A DNA stretch of 64,000 bases from Treponemataceae bacterium (GTDB taxonomy: Bacteria > Spirochaetota > Spirochaetia > Treponematales > Rectinemataceae), in the NCBI GenBank assembly GCA_963677895.2, contig CAXXGJ010000012.1, positions 1 through 64,000 on the forward strand, in the 5' to 3' direction. The position numbers and the translations under genes are program-made. Shown piece after piece: positions 28,086 to 36,732 of the stretch. Position 1 is the stretch's first letter, and each line of letters begins with the position of its first letter. Under the pieces are notes generated by a model, which was not told where the DNA came from, made no database searches, and worked only from the letters and a program-made list of their open reading frames with translations.

Positions 28086-29585
28086 ATGGAAACCATAGGC
28101 ATTGGAATCATTGGATGCGGAAGGATCGCGGATATGGCATATGAAGGCTACCGGAACATCCCGGGAGTCCGCATAGCCGCAGTCTGCGACTCCGACGAAG
28201 CCACCGCCCTTCGCCGCCGTACCGAATGGGGGGCAGCGAAGCACTACACGGATTACCGGAAGCTGCTTGAGGATCCAGCGGTCGACGCCGTGGAGATTCT
28301 TACCCCGCATACCACCCATGTCGATATCACCCTGGACGCCATATCAGCCGGAAAGCATGTCGCCCTGCAGAAACCCATGGCCGTAAGCCGAGCCGACGCC
28401 GAAAGGCTGGTCAGCGCCGCCGCCTCTGCCAGAACAGTGTGCAAGGTAACGGAAAATTACATCTTCTATCCCCCCATCCGGTTCGTCTCCCGCGTAATCG
28501 CGGAAGGATACATCGGGACCCCGTCATCGATCTCCATCAAGCTGATTGCGGCCGGAAAGGGCGGCTGGCCGATCCCTCCCTCCGCATGGGCCTGGCGGTT
28601 GGGGGAGTTCGCCGAAGGCCGGGGGATGCAGACCTTCGATCACGGCCATCATCTCTGGTCCACCGCGCGTTTTCTTCTGGGGCCGATCGAAAAAGTATCC
28701 GCGTGGATAGGCACGACAGCCTCGGTCATCGATTCCCCCGCGGCTATCATGTGGAAATACCGCGATCGGGAGGCCTTCGGACTCTGCGAATACGTGTATA
28801 ACCAGGATATGGAGATACCCTCCCGCTATTACGCCAACGACGAGTGGATCCAGGTCTCCGGTTCGGCCGGATTGGTCATGGTGAACCGCTGCACGGGAGA
28901 GCTTGTCGACGGTCCTTCGGTCAGCCTCTATTCCCGGAATGGATGGCGCCACTTTCAGATCCCCTCGGACTGGAAACTGGGATTTATCGGATCGGCTTGG
29001 AACTTCGTCAGGGCGATAAGGGGAGAAGAAAAACCCGCCTTGAGCTTCCCCCTGGCGATGGAAATCCTTTCGGTCAACCTGGCCATAGCTCGCTCCGCGG
29101 CGACGGGGAGAGAGGTCCGCCTGAAACCGGATGGCGCCATCCTTCCGCCCCTCGCCGCTTACCTGAAGAAAAGGGGAGAGATCCGAAAAGCCCGGGCTGC
29201 TCGGGAATTCCTGACAGAGGCGGAAGGGACGGACAGCTCCGCCGAATCGGCCCGTTCCTCGGTTCAGCTCACACGCGAATTGCCCGCCAGGTTGGTCGCC
29301 GGGGCTGTAACACAAGAGGGCCTGGCGATAGGTCTGGAGCTGGGCGGAGCGGCTTTTCCTGGGTGTATAAAGCTGATGTCCATCATCATAAAGGAAGGCG
29401 ATGTCCAGATCGAAGAAGACAGGCTTCCGGAAAGCCCGGACCTGGTCATCAAGACCTCCGCGGGCATCTGGGCTGGCATTCTGTCAGGGAAGCGGTCAGT
29501 CGAAAAAGCATACCTTCATGGGCGGCTGAAATTCGTCGGGTCAGCTGAAACCGCTCTGGCCCTGAAGAAGTTCTTCAGCCTATAG
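28086..29585 (+). CDS. Gfo/Idh/MocA oxidoreductase with C-terminal SCP2-like domain
   Basis: GIIGCGRIA, TPHTTH, GKHVALQKPM, DHGHH; C-terminal PDLVIKT..W..ILSG...AYLHGRLKFVG. Confidence 0.85.
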   Translation: METIGIGIIGCGRIADMAYEGYRNIPGVRIAAVCDSDEATALRRRTEWGAAKHYTDYRKLLEDPAVDAVEILTPHTTHVDITLDAISAGKHVALQKPMAVSRADAERLVSAAASARTVCKVTENYIFYPPIRFVSRVIAEGYIGTPSSISIKLIAAGKGGWPIPPSAWAWRLGEFAEGRGMQTFDHGHHLWSTARFLLGPIEKVSAWIGTTASVIDSPAAIMWKYRDREAFGLCEYVYNQDMEIPSRYYANDEWIQVSGSAGLVMVNRCTGELVDGPSVSLYSRNGWRHFQIPSDWKLGFIGSAWNFVRAIRGEEKPALSFPLAMEILSVNLAIARSAATGREVRLKPDGAILPPLAAYLKKRGEIRKARAAREFLTEAEGTDSSAESARSSVQLTRELPARLVAGAVTQEGLAIGLELGGAAFPGCIKLMSIIIKEGDVQIEEDRLPESPDLVIKTSAGIWAGILSGKRSVEKAYLHGRLKFVGSAETALALKKFFSL

Positions 29586-30357
29586 CTTCCGTCCCTCCGG
29601 TGAGCAAACTGTTGATAGCCGCGGCGGCTTCCCGCACGATTTCGATGTTCCGGTCCAAATCGGGCAGACCCCGGTCCGTAGGTCCGGAAATACCTATGGC
29701 CGCGACGATCTTGCCCTGGTAATTCTTGATCGGGCAGGCGAGACATACCACCCTCGGCTCAAATTCTTCCATATCCACCGCGTATCCCTTGGTTTTCACA
29801 TCCTGGAGTTCCGCTCTCAGGGCATCCATATCCGTTATCGTCCGATCCGTGAACCGTTCAAGCGTTCGTCCGTTGAAAAGGATATCCAGCCCCTCGCGGG
29901 AATAGTCGCAGATAAGGCATTTGCCCACTGCCGTACAGTAAAGCTCTTCCATATCCCCAATATTCGTGTTGGTTAAGATCCGGTTCGTCCCCTGTTCCCT
30001 GTCTATGAAGACAGCCTGAGTGCCTGACCTTACCGCGAGATGGGCGTTCTCGCATGTCTTCCTCGCGATCTCCCGCAGGAAGGGGGAGACGACAACGGGA
30101 AGCTTCATCTGTTCGTAGAGGGAAGAGGCGAGGCCGAATATCCCGAAGCCGGGTCTGTACACCTTTTTCCCCTCCTCCTGCCTTACCAAGCCATGCCTGA
30201 AGAGGGTGGTCAAAATCCGGAATACCGAGCTCTTGTCCAGATTCATCACCTCCGCGAGCTCAGTCAATGTCAACTTTTCTTCAGGGTGCGAGGCGATATA
30301 CTCGAGGAGGAGGAGCGCTCTGTCCACAGATTGGATGACGGTGTTTTCTTCTTTCAT
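29575..30357 (-). CDS. IclR family transcriptional regulator
   Basis: IQSVDRAL, LDKSSVFRILTTL, YCTAVGKC, GYAVD.EEF, AAIGISGP; ATG 30357. Confidence 0.92.
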   Translation of the reverse strand: MKEENTVIQSVDRALLLLEYIASHPEEKLTLTELAEVMNLDKSSVFRILTTLFRHGLVRQEEGKKVYRPGFGIFGLASSLYEQMKLPVVVSPFLREIARKTCENAHLAVRSGTQAVFIDREQGTNRILTNTNIGDMEELYCTAVGKCLICDYSREGLDILFNGRTLERFTDRTITDMDALRAELQDVKTKGYAVDMEEFEPRVVCLACPIKNYQGKIVAAIGISGPTDRGLPDLDRNIEIVREAAAAINSLLTGGTEAIG

Positions 30358-30365
30358 ATCTTGGG

Positions 30366-30377
30366 CATTGTACAATG
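30366..30377. promoter_or_regulatory. Palindrome CATTGTACAATG overlapping the iclR -10 box (putative autoregulatory operator)
   Basis: Perfect 12-bp palindrome with the same core as 23456 and 23521. Confidence 0.65.
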
Positions 30378-30524
30378 GACCGATGTTGGTATGCAACGAA
30401 GCGGCGACAGTGTCAAAACGTGTCGATTGTGCCAATCCAGTCGCCTACGTCGAGTAGTCTTTGACAATCAAGATGCCCCGAGAGGGCTGGTGAAGGATTT
30501 TTCAGGGTAAAAGGGGGCTACCTA

Positions 30525-30568
30525 TTGACGAAAATTGTTGCGAAGAATATAAGTATGTGAACATTCAC
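30525..30568 (+). promoter_or_regulatory. Promoter plus putative TetR operator
   Basis: TTGACG-17-TATAAG, then GTGAA-CA-TTCAC (30557-30568), upstream of an operon that encodes a TetR. Confidence 0.55.
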
Positions 30569-30663
30569 TTACAAACATAGAAAAGACATCGATCGGCCGA
30601 ATGAAAACGCGCGCGTAGCGGCGTCGAGGCGACGAAGTCGGTAGGTGAAAGCCGGAGGTTGTG

Positions 30664-31503
30664 ATGGACTTTCATGACAAATGGGCATTGGTTACGGGAG
30701 CCAGCATGGGTCTCGGGAAAGCTTTCGCGGTGGAGTGCGCCGGGCGGGGCATGAGGTTATTCCTGGTAGCCTTGCCGAACAGCGGCCTGCCGGAGCTGGC
30801 AGCTCAGCTCGCGAAGGAGTTCGACACCGAGGCCCGATGGCTCGAAGGCGATCTCACCAAGCCGGAAACCCTGGAGCGGCTTAGGGAGAGAATCCTCTCC
30901 GAGGATATCGGCATCGATCTTCTCGTAAACAACGCGGGAATAGGCAGCCCGGGCACCTTCATGGACCACTCGCTGGAGTACCACGAGGCGACGATCGAAC
31001 TGAACGCCCTGGCCCTCGTGCGGCTCATACGGTTTTTCCTGCCCGAGCTGCGGAAACGCAAAGCCTCCATCCTCAACGTCGCGAGTCTGGGCGCCTTCTT
31101 CCCCATGCCGATGATGCCGATCTATTCGGCGACCAAGAGCTTCGTGCTCCACTTCAGCCTGGCGCTCAGGGAAGAACTATGGAATGCGGTGGGCGTAAGC
31201 GTGCTCTGCCCGAACGCCATCAGGACCACCGATGAGGTCAATCTCTATATCGATAAGCTGGGTTTCATCGCGAGGCACGCCTGCTTCACCCCCGAATGCA
31301 TAGCCAAGGCGGGAATCGACGGCGTGGCGCGCAACCAGGCGGTTATCGTTCCCGGGGCCATCAATCAAGTGGTAGCGATGCTTTCCCATATCGCGCCTCG
31401 AAGGCTGATCAATAATACTATCCGATATTACTGGGGCAGCTTCTTGAAGTGCCATCACGGAAAGCCTCCCGTTCCGGCCAACGCGCCGGGGAAGGCCGCG
31501 TGA
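30664..31503 (+). CDS. Short-chain dehydrogenase/reductase
   Basis: TGASMGLG, LVNNAG, YSATK. Confidence 0.92.
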   Translation: MDFHDKWALVTGASMGLGKAFAVECAGRGMRLFLVALPNSGLPELAAQLAKEFDTEARWLEGDLTKPETLERLRERILSEDIGIDLLVNNAGIGSPGTFMDHSLEYHEATIELNALALVRLIRFFLPELRKRKASILNVASLGAFFPMPMMPIYSATKSFVLHFSLALREELWNAVGVSVLCPNAIRTTDEVNLYIDKLGFIARHACFTPECIAKAGIDGVARNQAVIVPGAINQVVAMLSHIAPRRLINNTIRYYWGSFLKCHHGKPPVPANAPGKAA

Positions 31504-32450
31504 GCGTGAAGATGGCCGAAACCTCAGTCCAGCCGGCGCCGGTGGTAATCCTTTACTTTTCCGGCGTCGGCGGAACCAAGGTGATCGCGAAGCTACTGGG
31601 ACGGCTTCTGGCCCAGCGAATAGCCCGCGAATGCGAAGTCCGCTCGATAGAGGAGGAGGGGGCGGCGGATGCGGCCGCCCGGGCGGGCTTTCTCGTCCTC
31701 TGCTACCCGACCTATTTTCTCAAGCCGGCGCCGGCCATGAGGGATTTCATCCTGAGCCTCCCCCCGAGCGCGGAAGGACGCGGGGTCGCCTTGGTGACGA
31801 GCTACGAACTCTATACGGGCAATTCGAACCGCGTCGCCGCCGGCCTGCTTGGCGGCCGGGGTTTCGCCGTGGCGGGGGCCTACGAACTGCGCGCTCCGGG
31901 CAGCGACGTGACCTGCGTCGTTCCGGATTGGGCCTGTGCCTGGCTCTATCGCTTCGAGCCCCGCTTCCCGGGGAAGATCGCTGAAATCGCCCAACGCGTA
32001 GCCGCCCTCGCAAATTCGCTGCCCGCCGGGGACGCGCCCGCTAGGTCCTCGGCCGCCGATTTGCCGCCCGCCGCAAACGGGATTCCCTCGCCCAAGTGGT
32101 ACACCCCCTTGGCATGGCCGCTTCAGGTTCTCTTTCTGGATGGCTTTATCCGCTGGAAGGACAGAATGAAGGTGCTCGAGGAGCGTTGCTCAGGCTGCGA
32201 CCTTTGCGTCCGCGAGTGCCATCGCGGCGCTTGGTGTCGTACAGGGACGGGATTGGAACACCGGGGAGAAACCTGCGATCTCTGCCTGCGCTGCGTCCAT
32301 CATTGCCCCGGGCGGGCCATCGTCCTAAAGAAAGGGCTCAAGGACAACAGGCGCCTCGACGGGGCCCTGTACCGGGCTCTCTCGCGTGAAGCCGAGAAAG
32401 CCTGCGAAGATGCCGCCAATGCGACAAAAAAAGTGAGGCAAGAACTATGA
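31500..32450 (+). CDS. EFR1-family flavodoxin-ferredoxin protein (two 4Fe-4S clusters)
   Basis: YFSGVGGT; CSGCDLCVREC and CDLCLRCVHHCP. Confidence 0.85.
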   Translation: MSVKMAETSVQPAPVVILYFSGVGGTKVIAKLLGRLLAQRIARECEVRSIEEEGAADAAARAGFLVLCYPTYFLKPAPAMRDFILSLPPSAEGRGVALVTSYELYTGNSNRVAAGLLGGRGFAVAGAYELRAPGSDVTCVVPDWACAWLYRFEPRFPGKIAEIAQRVAALANSLPAGDAPARSSAADLPPAANGIPSPKWYTPLAWPLQVLFLDGFIRWKDRMKVLEERCSGCDLCVRECHRGAWCRTGTGLEHRGETCDLCLRCVHHCPGRAIVLKKGLKDNRRLDGALYRALSREAEKACEDAANATKKVRQEL

Positions 32451-33094
32451 GCGACACAACGCTTCCAAAACGGATGGGAAGGCCGATCCGCAAATCAGGC
32501 GAGCCCGCCACCAACGATAAAATCCTCGATGCCGCCATCCTTCTCTTTTCCGAGCGAGGCTACGAGGGCACGTCGATGAAGCAGATAGCCCAGGCTGTCA
32601 GCCTGACGGAGAGCGCCATCTATCGCCATTTCAAGGGAAAAGAGGATCTCCTGTCGGAAATCATCGCCCTGACCGAGCGGGCGGTCACCCAGCCCATTTC
32701 CGAAACGGGGGAGGGCGCCGTTGGCGCCTCGGTCTTCCGGAGGCTCTTCGAAGCGCCGGTGGAAGCCTTCGGCGCCGATCCCCGCGCCCTTCGAATGTGC
32801 CGCATCTTCTTCACCGAGTGCCCGCGCAACGAAAGGATGCGGACATACCTCAAATATGCCATGGAGGAGATGGCGGACGTCGAAGTCCGTAAAATTCTCG
32901 AAGAACAGATCAAGGAAGGCGCCGTCATTCCCTGCGACGCGGGGACCATAGCGCACCTGATCAACGTTATACGATACCAGTGGTGCTACCAGGTGGCGAT
33001 CCTGGACCGCGACGAGGCTTACGACATCGCGAAGAACAAGCAGGCCCTCGAACCCGTCGTCGAGTATTTCGAGCGGCTCTATTCACGCGGCTAG
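32447..33094 (+). CDS. TetR/AcrR family regulator
   Basis: ILDAAILLFSERGYEGTSMKQIA..IYRHFKGKEDL. Confidence 0.92.
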   Translation: MSDTTLPKRMGRPIRKSGEPATNDKILDAAILLFSERGYEGTSMKQIAQAVSLTESAIYRHFKGKEDLLSEIIALTERAVTQPISETGEGAVGASVFRRLFEAPVEAFGADPRALRMCRIFFTECPRNERMRTYLKYAMEEMADVEVRKILEEQIKEGAVIPCDAGTIAHLINVIRYQWCYQVAILDRDEAYDIAKNKQALEPVVEYFERLYSRG

Positions 33095-33109
33095 GACGAG
33101 GAGGAAACG

Positions 33110-33721
33110 ATGGATCACGCGTCTTTCGAGGAAAGGCTCGAACGGAATCCCCTTCGCGGCATGGTTCGCGAATATTTCGAGGTCAAACCGCTTCGGGAAA
33201 TCGCGGATCCCGGAAACATCGACCTGGCCTTGCATTATTGCTCGCGGAACGGCAAGGGAACGGAACTGATTCTCAAGTATTTCTCGCCAGGGAAAATAAA
33301 CGCCGTCGATCCCGACGAAGGTCTCGTCAGCATATCCCGGGAAACCTTGGCCGGCTTCCCCGTTGATATCGCCTCAGGTTCGCTGACCAAGCTCGGCTAC
33401 CGCGACGCTGGCTTCGACGCCGTCTTCGTCCTCGGGGAACTGCACAACTATCCCGAATGGAGGGACTGCGTGGGTGAAATAGCCCGGGTCACGAAGCCCG
33501 GTGGCTTCTTTTTCATAGAGGAGTTGTCCGCCGAGTCCTTCGAGTACGCCCTGGGCAGATACTTCAGGGCAAAAACCGATCACCAGTACGACGCGATGCT
33601 CCGTCTGGAAGAGTTCCGCGACGCCGTCGAGGCCGCGGGCTTCGAGATACTGCGGCTTCAAAAGCGGAAACCCTTCGGCCTCTTTTCCTATTTCGTCATG
33701 GCGGCGAGGAAGCGCCTTTGA
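33110..33721 (+). CDS. Class I SAM-dependent methyltransferase-like protein
   Basis: AVD, FDAVF, LH, EIARVTKPGG; motif I is degenerate. Confidence 0.75.
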   Translation: MDHASFEERLERNPLRGMVREYFEVKPLREIADPGNIDLALHYCSRNGKGTELILKYFSPGKINAVDPDEGLVSISRETLAGFPVDIASGSLTKLGYRDAGFDAVFVLGELHNYPEWRDCVGEIARVTKPGGFFFIEELSAESFEYALGRYFRAKTDHQYDAMLRLEEFRDAVEAAGFEILRLQKRKPFGLFSYFVMAARKRL

Positions 33722-34205
33722 CGATATCGACGATGCCCTGAACTATGAATTTCAGCGAATAGAGACCCATGACGGCCGATGAAATAGGCATGCAGGCGTA
33801 GATGATTTTTCTGGGGAATTCGAACACCGCCGTCACCTCGATGGACCGGTTGTACAGCTGCCTGGAATACCAGAAGAACACCGCGATGAAGGCGAAAGAG
33901 ATGAGGTCGACGACGAGGCGGTAGGCCGCGCGCGCCCTTGGGTTCTTGAGCAGCTTGCCGATCCAGTCGCCCGCGCTGAAATGCCCCTTCAGGATCCAGA
34001 CCGCGGCCGATCCGAAGAAAACCATCCACGCGAAGGACAGCTCAACGATCTCGTCCAGCCAGTGCAAGGATACGATGGGCACGTAGCGGACGAAGACGTT
34101 GGCCGTAATGATGAGGGTGAGAATGACGAAGAGCGTCACCGATATCCATTTGAAAACAAACAGGAATATCGCGTCGATCCTGTCGAATACTGCCTTGGCC
34201 TTCAT
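33696..34205 (-). CDS. TRAP transporter small permease (DctQ)
   Basis: Four TM; NVFVRY, WLDEI, GHF. Confidence 0.88.
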   Translation of the reverse strand: MKAKAVFDRIDAIFLFVFKWISVTLFVILTLIITANVFVRYVPIVSLHWLDEIVELSFAWMVFFGSAAVWILKGHFSAGDWIGKLLKNPRARAAYRLVVDLISFAFIAVFFWYSRQLYNRSIEVTAVFEFPRKIIYACMPISSAVMGLYSLKFIVQGIVDIVKGASSPP

Positions 34206-35491
34206 TTCACCACCCCCATGATAAGATTGGGCAGGCAGGTGGAGATCGCCGGCACATAGGCGATGATGACCGTGACGATGAATATGCCGAGGATGTAGGG
34301 CAGGCATTCCTTGGACAGTTCGCCGATGCCAATCTTCGTGAAACTGGACACCGCGTACAGGCACATGCCTACCGGTGGGGTCAGGTTCCCAATCATGATG
34401 AGAAGGGTCATCACCACGCCGAAATTGACTAGGTCGAAGCCGTACTGCATGGCGATCGGGATGAATATGGGGATCGTGATGAGGAAAATGGCGTTCCCTT
34501 CCATAAAGAGCCCCAGGATGATGATGACCACGATGAACATGGCCATGACGCCCGGGCCGGTGACGCTCAACCCGGTGAGCGTCGCGATGATGTTGTCGGG
34601 GATGCGCTGGTAGATGAGGAACCAGCCGAAGAAGTTGGCCGCCGCCATGATGAAGAGGAGGGCTACTGACTGCTTGATTGAAGCCCAGAAAAGCTCCGGA
34701 AGATCCTTGAACTTCAGTTCCTTGTAGAGGAAGCCCAGAAAGAGGGCGTAGAGGCAGGCGATGACGGCCGCTTCCGTCGGGGTGAAGATGCCGCTGAAGA
34801 TGCCGCCGAGTATGATGACTATGGATAAAAGCGAGAGGAAGGATTCCTTGGTGGCTGTCCAGATTTCCTTGCGGTTGGCCTTGGGATAGCGGGGAAAGCC
34901 GCGGGGCTTGGCCATCAGGCCGATGGCGAGCATTATGGCCCCGCCCATCAGGGCGCCGGGAAGGAAGCCGGCCAGGAAAAGTCGGGGCACCGACACCGAG
35001 GTGAGGGCGCCGTAGAGCACGAAGGAGATGGAAGGCGGAATGATGGGGCCGAGGGTGGATGAGGAAGCCACGATGGCGGCCGCCACAGGCTTGCTGTACC
35101 CGTTGTCCGTCATTGCTTTGTAGGATACCTGCCCCAGCCCCGCCGCGTCGGCCACTGCAGAGCCCGATATGCCCGAGAAGAGCATTTCGGCGACCACCGA
35201 AACATGGCCCAGGCCGCCTGGGATGTGACCTACGAAGGCCTTCGCGAACCTGAAAATCCGGTTCGTGACGCCGCCCGTGTTCATGAGATTTCCCGCCAGG
35301 ATGAAGAAGGGCACGGCGAGGAGGGTAAATCCCGTGGTGCCGGCATGCATCCTCTGGGGCAGGAGGGCGAGGAACTGACCTTGCCCCTGCCCAACGAAGA
35401 AAGCCACCGCTGTCAGGCCGATGGCCACCACGATGGGCAGGTCGATCAGGATGAAGATGAGAAGGACGAGGAATACCGATACGGTGGCCAT
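34202..35491 (-). CDS. TRAP transporter large permease (DctM)
   Basis: LLAVPFFILAG, SGSAVADAA, IIPPS, FTPTEAA, TPPVG. Confidence 0.93.
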   Translation of the reverse strand: MATVSVFLVLLIFILIDLPIVVAIGLTAVAFFVGQGQGQFLALLPQRMHAGTTGFTLLAVPFFILAGNLMNTGGVTNRIFRFAKAFVGHIPGGLGHVSVVAEMLFSGISGSAVADAAGLGQVSYKAMTDNGYSKPVAAAIVASSSTLGPIIPPSISFVLYGALTSVSVPRLFLAGFLPGALMGGAIMLAIGLMAKPRGFPRYPKANRKEIWTATKESFLSLLSIVIILGGIFSGIFTPTEAAVIACLYALFLGFLYKELKFKDLPELFWASIKQSVALLFIMAAANFFGWFLIYQRIPDNIIATLTGLSVTGPGVMAMFIVVIIILGLFMEGNAIFLITIPIFIPIAMQYGFDLVNFGVVMTLLIMIGNLTPPVGMCLYAVSSFTKIGIGELSKECLPYILGIFIVTVIIAYVPAISTCLPNLIMGVVK

Positions 35492-36474
35492 TATTTTGAC
35501 TTAGCCAGCATCGACTGGAAGGCTTTCCAGTCCGCGTCGCTCACCTTGGACTTCAAGGTGTCCCACACGGAGGTCGTCGCCGCCTGGAAGGGCGTGGTGT
35601 CGGGCGAGTTGACTTCCATACCGTTTTTCACCATCTCCTCGATCTGCGCTTTTTCACCGTCCCTGATGGTCTTCTGCATGAACTGCCCGGCTTTCACGGC
35701 TTCCTCGAAGAGGATCTTCTGCTGATTAGCCGAGAGCTTGCTGAAGGATGCTTTGTTCATGATCAGGTGCGTGGCGACATAGGTGTAGTTGAGGATGGAG
35801 AGATACTTCTGCGTTTCCCACATCTTGCCGGCGTAGATGGTGGCGATGGGGTTTTCCTGCCCGTCCACGACGCCCTGTTTCAGCGCCATCGGCAACTCGG
35901 CGAAGGCTATCGTCTGCACGATTCCGCCCAAGGCTTTCACGGTTTCCTGGTTGACGAAATCGGGAGGCGTGCGGATCTTCAAGCCCCTGAAGTCTTCCGG
36001 CTTGGCGATCGGCCGCTTGGAGTTCGTGTAGGTACGGAATCCATATTCCCAGCGAGCGATGTACTGGAGGCCGGCCTTGTCCAGATCCGGCTTGATCCAG
36101 TTGACGAAGTCCTCTCCCGCGAAGAATTTATCCACCGAAGCGTAGTTCTTGAACGCGAAGGGCCCGGTGATGAGGTTGACCTTGGGCGACCACTTGGCTA
36201 GGGCAGGCTCCGTAGGCAGCACGAAGTCGATGGCGCCGAGGATGGTCTGCTCGACCATCTCCTGCGAACTTCCCAGCTTGCTGTTGGGGAAGATGTCGAT
36301 TTTTACGGTGCCGTTGCTGCGCTTGGCGACATTCTCCGCGAGCATGACGGACGCGAGATGCATGGCGTGCGTTTCCGCGGAGTAATGGCCGAGCTTGAGG
36401 ACGACCGTTTTATCCTGAGCGAAGGCCGAAGTCGATACGACGATCATGAGCATCACGAGAGCTAGCCTTTTCAT
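35491..36474 (-). CDS. TRAP substrate-binding protein (DctP)
   Basis: Signal peptide, GLKIRTP, GVVDGQENP; GGAGG RBS. Confidence 0.92.
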   Translation of the reverse strand: MKRLALVMLMIVVSTSAFAQDKTVVLKLGHYSAETHAMHLASVMLAENVAKRSNGTVKIDIFPNSKLGSSQEMVEQTILGAIDFVLPTEPALAKWSPKVNLITGPFAFKNYASVDKFFAGEDFVNWIKPDLDKAGLQYIARWEYGFRTYTNSKRPIAKPEDFRGLKIRTPPDFVNQETVKALGGIVQTIAFAELPMALKQGVVDGQENPIATIYAGKMWETQKYLSILNYTYVATHLIMNKASFSKLSANQQKILFEEAVKAGQFMQKTIRDGEKAQIEEMVKNGMEVNSPDTTPFQAATTSVWDTLKSKVSDADWKAFQSMLAKSK

Positions 36475-36496
36475 ACTACCTCCTTTTTTACAGTCG

Positions 36497-36521
36497 TCGT
36501 GTTCCATAATGTGGAACACGA
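36497..36521. promoter_or_regulatory. Perfect 10-5-10 inverted repeat, putative operator of the TRAP operon
   Basis: TCGTGTTCCA-TAATG-TGGAACACGA. Confidence 0.65.
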
Positions 36522-36732
36522 TTCCAAATACGACTCAGTGTAAACCCGCTATTTTGGTATTGCAAGCATGATTAATTGAATAATGCAATTTTTATTGAAA
36601 ATGAGCGATTTCCCGGGAAGAACCTGACTGACCGCGGGTGGCTTGCCGTTTGGCCCGCAAAACTGCTACTATCATTGAAATATCCACGCTGTAGCGCGCG
36701 AAACCTTTTCCAGACAATCCGGAGCGAAGCAA

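Noticed and set aside
16030..30500. Defined mobile element or genomic island with att sites
   Set aside because: Composition shifts are visible, but I found no integrase, transposase, tRNA or flanking direct repeats.
36590..36732. T-box or riboswitch upstream of leuS
   Set aside because: No T-box consensus or terminator/antiterminator structure was seen.
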